This document shows positions 58,986 through 64,000 of a DNA stretch of 64,000 nucleotides, piece after piece. The notes under the pieces are model-generated. The model searched no databases. It was not told where the DNA came from and saw only the letters and a program-made list of their open reading frames with translations. The first letter of the stretch is position 1. Every line of letters begins with the position of its first letter. A program made the position numbers and the translations under genes. This DNA is from Pirellulales bacterium (GTDB lineage: Bacteria > Planctomycetota > Planctomycetia > Pirellulales > JAICIG01), in the NCBI GenBank assembly GCA_040901675.1, contig JBBDYJ010000025.1:287943-351942 (forward strand), given 5' to 3'.

Positions 58986-60310
58986 GTGACGGCCTCCATG
59001 GGTAAGTCAAATGCGTCACTCCACCAGAGCTTGCAGTCCTCTGTAAGGATGGCTCCCACACCCAGAAGGTGCTCGTATTTGCATCCGAAGAGTGCCGGGG
59101 CCTCCTGCCCCTGCCGTGATCGTAACCTTGCCCGAATCTCTTCAAGCATTTGGGGCCCGAAGAGACGGGATACGTCTCGGTTATGATCGTGGGCCTCCTG
59201 GCATTCGGTGCGGACCACGGTTGAGACGTGCTCATACTGGGCCCTGGCCCTGGCCTCCCCGTGCTTTTGTATCCACTGGGCAAGAAGGAACTCGGCGGAT
59301 GCCTTTTGGTCCTTGGCCAAGTCGATGTTAGAAAGTGACAGGCCCCCAGCCGCCAGTTTGAGCTCAAGCCGCCTCATGCCCTTCGGAAACTGGTCAAGGG
59401 ATACGTGGCCACTGGTACAAAGCGTTGGCAGGGCTTCGAGCGATTCCTGAAGAACGCTTAAGAGGCCATCTTTGGTTATCCGTTTGCCCGAAATGGTTGC
59501 TTCAGCCTTCATCTTAGATGGGTTAGGCCAAAGTGCCAGGTATCGCTCCCTCGGGTCCGCGTGGGCCAATGCTGCTGCCGCGAGCATTGCGTCGACCAGG
59601 GCAGCAGCTGTTCGCTCCAGGTCAGAGTAAAACCGGTCTCCGATAGCCGAACACGCCCTCAGTTGACGAATCAACGCGGGCCAGATGTCGTTGAGCCCCG
59701 GCAACGTGTCGAAGCGCACTTTTTTTAGGACCGACTGTGCCAGATTGAAACGTGACTCCTCGGTCTCCCCTGGAACCGCAGGATTGTCGCCCCCAGGGTC
59801 ACCCGACCCGTCGCCGTTCGAGCACGACGGTGAATCAGGCGCCTTCTTTGACTTACGAATGCACAGTTTCTTGAGATACGTGACGAGGGTGGGTTCAACA
59901 CCGGCGTTCGAGTTTCTTGCCAAGTCACGGAGGTGTGGAAGATTGCTCCCGTTTTTCCTTTCTCGCCAGAACCCTGTTGTGCTGCCCAGCACATACCGGG
60001 CAAAATGGCTGGGGAACCTCTGGTCCGCAACGATGAACCGACGCACCGCAGAAACGACTTCTTGATCGCCCGCCTTGAGTGGCTCCCCGCCAACCTGTCG
60101 CGTCTTCACTTGGTAGCCGATGAACGTGCCGCACCGTTGACGAAGTAGAATGTCCTCATGGTGTTCGCAGAAGATCTCCTCGATCTGAGCATCGTCGTCC
60201 AGGATTGACAGGGCAAGAAGTGCTGCCTGCGTCGCCTGGTAACGAAACCGGCGCTGCGTGTCGTCACCGGGGTCATCGGCGCTTTGCACTCTATCGGGCG
60301 ACACGCTCAT
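58982..60310 (-). CDS. lmuA: Cap4/DUF4297 dsDNA endonuclease effector with C-terminal domain, LmuA-like
   Basis: DPGD.TQRRF.YQ...EHHEDIL...YQVKT PD-(D/E)xK motif; C-terminal L.G....LTEDC..WWS. Confidence 0.75.
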   Translation of the reverse strand: MSVSPDRVQSADDPGDDTQRRFRYQATQAALLALSILDDDAQIEEIFCEHHEDILLRQRCGTFIGYQVKTRQVGGEPLKAGDQEVVSAVRRFIVADQRFPSHFARYVLGSTTGFWRERKNGSNLPHLRDLARNSNAGVEPTLVTYLKKLCIRKSKKAPDSPSCSNGDGSGDPGGDNPAVPGETEESRFNLAQSVLKKVRFDTLPGLNDIWPALIRQLRACSAIGDRFYSDLERTAAALVDAMLAAAALAHADPRERYLALWPNPSKMKAEATISGKRITKDGLLSVLQESLEALPTLCTSGHVSLDQFPKGMRRLELKLAAGGLSLSNIDLAKDQKASAEFLLAQWIQKHGEARARAQYEHVSTVVRTECQEAHDHNRDVSRLFGPQMLEEIRARLRSRQGQEAPALFGCKYEHLLGVGAILTEDCKLWWSDAFDLPMEAVT

Positions 60311-60388
60311 ACCGTTAGCTCACTTCAGAGCCGCTGCCGCGGTCATGGCCGCAAGACGTCTGACTGCGTCAGGGCCCGGGGTCGATTT

Positions 60389-60721
60389 CTACTCGTCGGT
60401 TGTAGTCGGTTCAGCCGTGTGAAACCCAAACTGGCTACGCATGTCCTGGCGCTTCTGTTCGTCCATACCCAGCTTGCACACCTCGGCGAGGAACCCATAG
60501 ACCTGCTCGGGGTGTCGTATTCCGAGCTTTTGGATCGTGGTCAGCAAAGCTCGGTCGTCGATTTGGCCGAGCAGTTCAGCGAGGATCAGGTCGATGCCGC
60601 GGTCCAGGATGAACTCGACACAGGGCTCGACCTCGAGCTGGTCCTCGATGACGGCTTCGACGACCTGCTTGAACTGGCTCATCCGAGCGTGGAGTTCGTC
60701 GGAAATCGTGACTTCGGTCAT
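60389..60721 (-). CDS. Hypothetical 110-aa protein with RHH-like N-terminus
   Basis: AAGGAG RBS right after the hsdS stop; MTEVTISDELHARM. Confidence 0.65.
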   Translation of the reverse strand: MTEVTISDELHARMSQFKQVVEAVIEDQLEVEPCVEFILDRGIDLILAELLGQIDDRALLTTIQKLGIRHPEQVYGFLAEVCKLGMDEQKRQDMRSQFGFHTAEPTTTDE

Positions 60722-60732
60722 GGCGCTCTCCT

Positions 60733-61935
60733 TTACAGCTCTGCTCGAAACGCGCGGTCGAGAATCGATGGGAGCGTTGCGTCCAACTCGGCCCGGACCT
60801 TTCCACCCTCGCCGATTGATCTCTGGATGTGCGCTTGGAGTGCCCCGAGGCGAGCAATGATCGCTCGCTGTTCCGCAAGGGCAGGCAGCGGAACCGGTAT
60901 CGTTTTGAGTTGCTTGGCACTGATCCCAATATTCCCGGCCGTTGTTGTGCAAAAGGCCTCGGTCGCTTCCCGGCCAGCCGGACTGTTCATGGCCAGGCAG
61001 ACAAACTCAGGGAGGACTCTGGTGGCGTCGACCCGAAATCTGATCAGCTTGTCGGGGTAGACTCGGTCGTCCTGTTGCTCTTGCCGGTAAAGGGAGAATC
61101 TTCCTACGTAGTGCAGGTTGCCGTTAAACCGACAGGCCAAGAGGTCTCCCTTCCGGAGTCTGTACATTTCGAGTTCCTTGGTGCCCACCTGCAGGTACCT
61201 GACGTCGTGTTCGTCGACAGTCGCATCGCGCCGGGACGTTCCAGCGCTAATTCTCAGGATCGGTACTCCGGGTGGACTATCGGATGGCCGGACCCCGAGA
61301 CCGTTACGAGAATCTTCAGTCAACAGGTTACCAAGCGGAATCGTGGGCCACCGTCCTTCGCTAAAGAACTCCACAGCCGCCCGCGCGAGAAGCACCGACA
61401 GTTCTGCGTCGGCTTCCGCCCGTAAGCGTTTTGCCTCCTTGATCTTGGCGGCCAGGGGATCGAGCTTCTCGACGAGCCGCTGTTGCTCCTTCGGTGGCGG
61501 CAAGGGGAGCATGTAAGCCAGCACATGGCCCGGCCTGATTGCTGCGTAGTTTGTCGTTCCTTGGGCGGAGACCTGCTCGAAGAAGGCTGGCGTTCGGATG
61601 AAATAGGCCAAAAATCGACGGTCGATCTTCGCCTCATCAATGCTAAACAGGAAGTAGTGGCTGCTTACGATAGCCCCCTCGAGTTCCTGCGGGACGATTC
61701 CGTAACCGCCGAGCTTCGCATCGATCTCCGCGACAAGCAACTCCCCGGCTCGGCAAACCTGCTGTTTCTTCGTCTTGATCTCCGAGCCCTGCACCGTGTC
61801 ACGTAAGACCAGCCCCTGGGCGTGCAACTGGACACGGCATCGTTTGTACGTCTGGAGGTCGTCGATCTCGATGAATTCCTTCCGGTGCGTTAACACGTCC
61901 CGGAGCGGCACAAGTGGCCACTTGCCGTTGTTCAT
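60733..61935 (-). CDS. hsdS: Type I R-M specificity subunit
   Basis: Two TRDs, each followed by LPLPP..EQ / VPLP.LAEQ..I; ends SILDRAFRAEL; ATGA overlap with hsdM. Confidence 0.92.
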   Translation of the reverse strand: MNNGKWPLVPLRDVLTHRKEFIEIDDLQTYKRCRVQLHAQGLVLRDTVQGSEIKTKKQQVCRAGELLVAEIDAKLGGYGIVPQELEGAIVSSHYFLFSIDEAKIDRRFLAYFIRTPAFFEQVSAQGTTNYAAIRPGHVLAYMLPLPPPKEQQRLVEKLDPLAAKIKEAKRLRAEADAELSVLLARAAVEFFSEGRWPTIPLGNLLTEDSRNGLGVRPSDSPPGVPILRISAGTSRRDATVDEHDVRYLQVGTKELEMYRLRKGDLLACRFNGNLHYVGRFSLYRQEQQDDRVYPDKLIRFRVDATRVLPEFVCLAMNSPAGREATEAFCTTTAGNIGISAKQLKTIPVPLPALAEQRAIIARLGALQAHIQRSIGEGGKVRAELDATLPSILDRAFRAEL

Positions 61936-63398
61936 GGCTTGGCCCCGAGAAGTTGCTTGATTTCGCCCATGATCTCGATGATCCGGAGTTCCTTCGCCAG
62001 GATGGCGTCGACCAGTTGCTCCGGGGGCAAGTGTTCCAAGTCGGCCTTGCCGTTCGGATTCTTTCGGTCCAGGTTGCAGCCGCCGTCGAGCAGTTCCTTG
62101 GCGGGAACGCTCCAAGCGCGGTCGTTTTCTTCCCGCTTCTTCCACGACGCCAGGCACGCGGCGAACTCCTCGAACTGCAAGGGCTGCGTCTTGGTGTAGT
62201 TCTTCCGGCCGTCGGGCAGCGGCTGCTCGTAGTACCAGACTTCCTTGGTCGGGCCTGAGCGATCGAAGAAGAGCAGGTTTGTCGGAATACTGGTGTACGG
62301 GGCGAAGACGCCGTTGGGCAGCCGGACGATCGTGTGCAGGTTGAACTCCTTCAAAAGTTCTTCCTTGATCCGCCCGCAGACACCGTCGGCGAAGAGCGTG
62401 CCGTTGGGCACCACCACGCCGGCCCGGCCCCCCTTGGTGCTGCCGTGACTCGGCCGCTTCAACTTCCGCATGATGAGCTGCAGAAACAGCAAGGCCGTCT
62501 CGGCCGTTTGCATGTCTTCGGGAAAGTTCCCCAGAATGCCCCGCTCTTCCTCGCCGCCGAAGGGCGGGTTGGTGAGGATGACGTCAACGCGGTCCTTGTC
62601 GCGAACATCGGTGAGTTTTTGGGCCAGACTGTTGGCCTTGGCGATCTGGGGCGATTCCAGCCCGTGCAGGACCAGGTTCATCTGGGCCAACATGTAGGGG
62701 AGCGGCTTCGCCTCGCCGCCAAAAATGCTGGCGTTCTGCAGCGTCCGGCGGTGGTCCACGGTCTTGCACTGCTTTTGCAGGTGCTGGTAGGCCTCGACCA
62801 GAAAGCCGCCGGTGCCGCAGGCCGGATCGAGCACCGTTTCGCCCAGACGCGGGTTGGTGGCCGCCACCATGAAACGGACAACCGGCCGGGGCGTGTAGAA
62901 CTCGCCCGAGTCGCCTGCCGCATCGCGCATCTCCTTGAGCATCGTCTCGTAGAGATGGCCAAGCGTGTGGATTTCGTCGGTCGAGTCGAAGTGGATGCCG
63001 CCGACCTTGTTGATCACGTCCCGCAGCAAATACCCGCTTTCCATGCGGTTCGTCACGCCGGAAAAGACGCTGGCGATCACGTCGCGCCGGTCGTCGCCGT
63101 TGCGGCTTTGCAGGCCCCGCAGGTACGCCAAGAGCCCGGTCCCCTTCGAGCCGCCGGGCCGGGTCGTCTCTTCGTAATTGACGAAGGCCGTCAGCTCCGG
63201 CCCCGTGATTCCATCCTCCTTGGCGCCCCAGTCCCGCCAGCGGTAGGGCGCCTCGATGGCCGGCCGGAACCTCTCGCGCCGCATCTTGGCGCGTTCTTCG
63301 CGGATTTGCTCGATGTCGTCCAGGAACTTGAGGAACATGATCCAGGTCAGCATCGGCAGCCGGTCCAGGTCGCCGTTGAGACCCTTGTCCTTCCGCAT
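61932..63398 (-). CDS. hsdM: Type I R-M N6-adenine methyltransferase; native start at 63835 separated by an insertion
   Basis: GEFYTPRP, DPACGTGGFL, NPPFGG, VRLP.GVF.PYT.I.TN. Confidence 0.92.
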   Translation of the reverse strand: MRKDKGLNGDLDRLPMLTWIMFLKFLDDIEQIREERAKMRRERFRPAIEAPYRWRDWGAKEDGITGPELTAFVNYEETTRPGGSKGTGLLAYLRGLQSRNGDDRRDVIASVFSGVTNRMESGYLLRDVINKVGGIHFDSTDEIHTLGHLYETMLKEMRDAAGDSGEFYTPRPVVRFMVAATNPRLGETVLDPACGTGGFLVEAYQHLQKQCKTVDHRRTLQNASIFGGEAKPLPYMLAQMNLVLHGLESPQIAKANSLAQKLTDVRDKDRVDVILTNPPFGGEEERGILGNFPEDMQTAETALLFLQLIMRKLKRPSHGSTKGGRAGVVVPNGTLFADGVCGRIKEELLKEFNLHTIVRLPNGVFAPYTSIPTNLLFFDRSGPTKEVWYYEQPLPDGRKNYTKTQPLQFEEFAACLASWKKREENDRAWSVPAKELLDGGCNLDRKNPNGKADLEHLPPEQLVDAILAKELRIIEIMGEIKQLLGAKP

Positions 63399-63419
63399 AA
63401 TGTCGCGCGCGGATTTTAT

Positions 63420-63761
63420 GGGTCTTCGGAGTTTTGAGTGGGTGGAAACTGGGGAGAATCGGCACGGCCACGGGCAGCCTCAAGCCGCCTCGACCGCTGC
63501 GCCGGCACGACAATCCCGGTGGGACCCTGCTCCCGGCGGCACTGCCCCGGCCCTTCGCAGGTGCCAGCAAATACGGGGTTTTCTGCGGACTTGCTTCGCA
63601 AGACATCATTTTGCTGGCCCCTGCTACGGTGCCTCTGGTCGCCCCCACCCGGCTTGCCGTGCCGGCTCCGCTCGCTCACGGGGAACCGAAAGCAACAGGC
63701 GGAGCCGCCCTGCGTTTCCCTCGGGATTTTCTCGTTTACCCACTTAAAAGTCCGAAGACCG
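63420..63761. mobile_element. Non-autonomous MITE (about 342 bp) with ISL3-like ends inserted in hsdM
   Basis: IRs GGGTCTTCGGAGTTTTGAGTGGGT / ACCCACTTAAAAGTCCGAAGACCG; flanking duplication (G)GATTTTAT at 63411-63419 and 63761-63769. Confidence 0.88.
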
Positions 63762-63835
63762 GATTTTATTAGGCTCCCCAACCGCTGGGCGGTGGTGAGG
63801 GGTGCGGGATTCTTTGAGGCCTTCTGTCGTGGCAT
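63762..63835 (-). pseudogene. hsdM: Detached 5' end of hsdM (MPRQKASKNPAPLTTAQRLGSLIKS)
   Basis: Removing the insertion and one duplication copy restores ...LGSLIKS-ARDIMRKDKG in frame. Confidence 0.85.
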
Positions 63836-64000
63836 GAGGTATGTTCCGACCTCGGTTGGTATTCTGATCCTTGTTACGTGCTGCGTGCACGATCACCCAC
63901 ACGCACAATTAAATCGTTGCTGATACTCTGAGCTCCTTCCACTCGCATCTCATCGTACACCGTCTCCGTAACCTCTCTTGGCATAACGAGTGGCATAACT

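Larger units (their letters stand above)
51810..64000. mobile_element. Genomic island 3' of tRNA-Pro, continuing beyond the window
   Basis: Visibly lower GC, none of the host REP families seen, helicase and IS remnants, defence genes; no integrase in the window. Confidence 0.7.

Noticed and set aside
63874..64000. Open minus-strand frame ending ...VRVGDRARST* upstream of hsdM
   Set aside because: Possibly the 3' end of an upstream gene, but about 40 codons are too few to identify; it is not recognisably hsdR.

Overview
A GC-rich bacterial chromosome segment, most likely from a planctomycete (inferred from DUF1501, DUF1570, a PVC-type CxxCH heme protein and an H4MPT-linked pterin gene). Positions 1-51.7 kb are mostly core genes: guaB, selA/selB, an ECF sigma factor, a ferredoxin, leuB, miaE, tilS, dapF, xseA/xseB-ispA-dxs-nadK and ppiC. 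Between them sit several REP-like palindrome families, 7/8-mer tandem repeats and small accessory insertions: a Panacea antitoxin-toxin pair splitting xseA from xseB, an AAA ATPase + DUF4276 pair, a PIN toxin-antitoxin pair, and a decayed HTH/TIGR04255 cassette bracketed by identical 30-bp palindromic direct repeats. A tRNA-Pro(CGG) missing most of its D-arm (51746-51807) marks the edge of a visibly lower-GC island that runs off the window. The island carries a helicase/methylase remnant, an IS21 remnant, a three-gene Lamassu-like defence system, and type I R-M hsdS/hsdM, with hsdM interrupted by an ISL3-like MITE. The best candidate for an undescribed system is also in the island: a two-gene cyanobactin-like unit. 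It pairs a PatA-type S8 protease (with a possible nested start for its C-terminal DUF) with a 94-aa protein bearing a GIEPS cleavage-like motif and a long Cys-rich core, and has no heterocyclase, macrocyclase or prenyltransferase nearby. All calls come from reading the sequence and recognising motifs; no searches were run.
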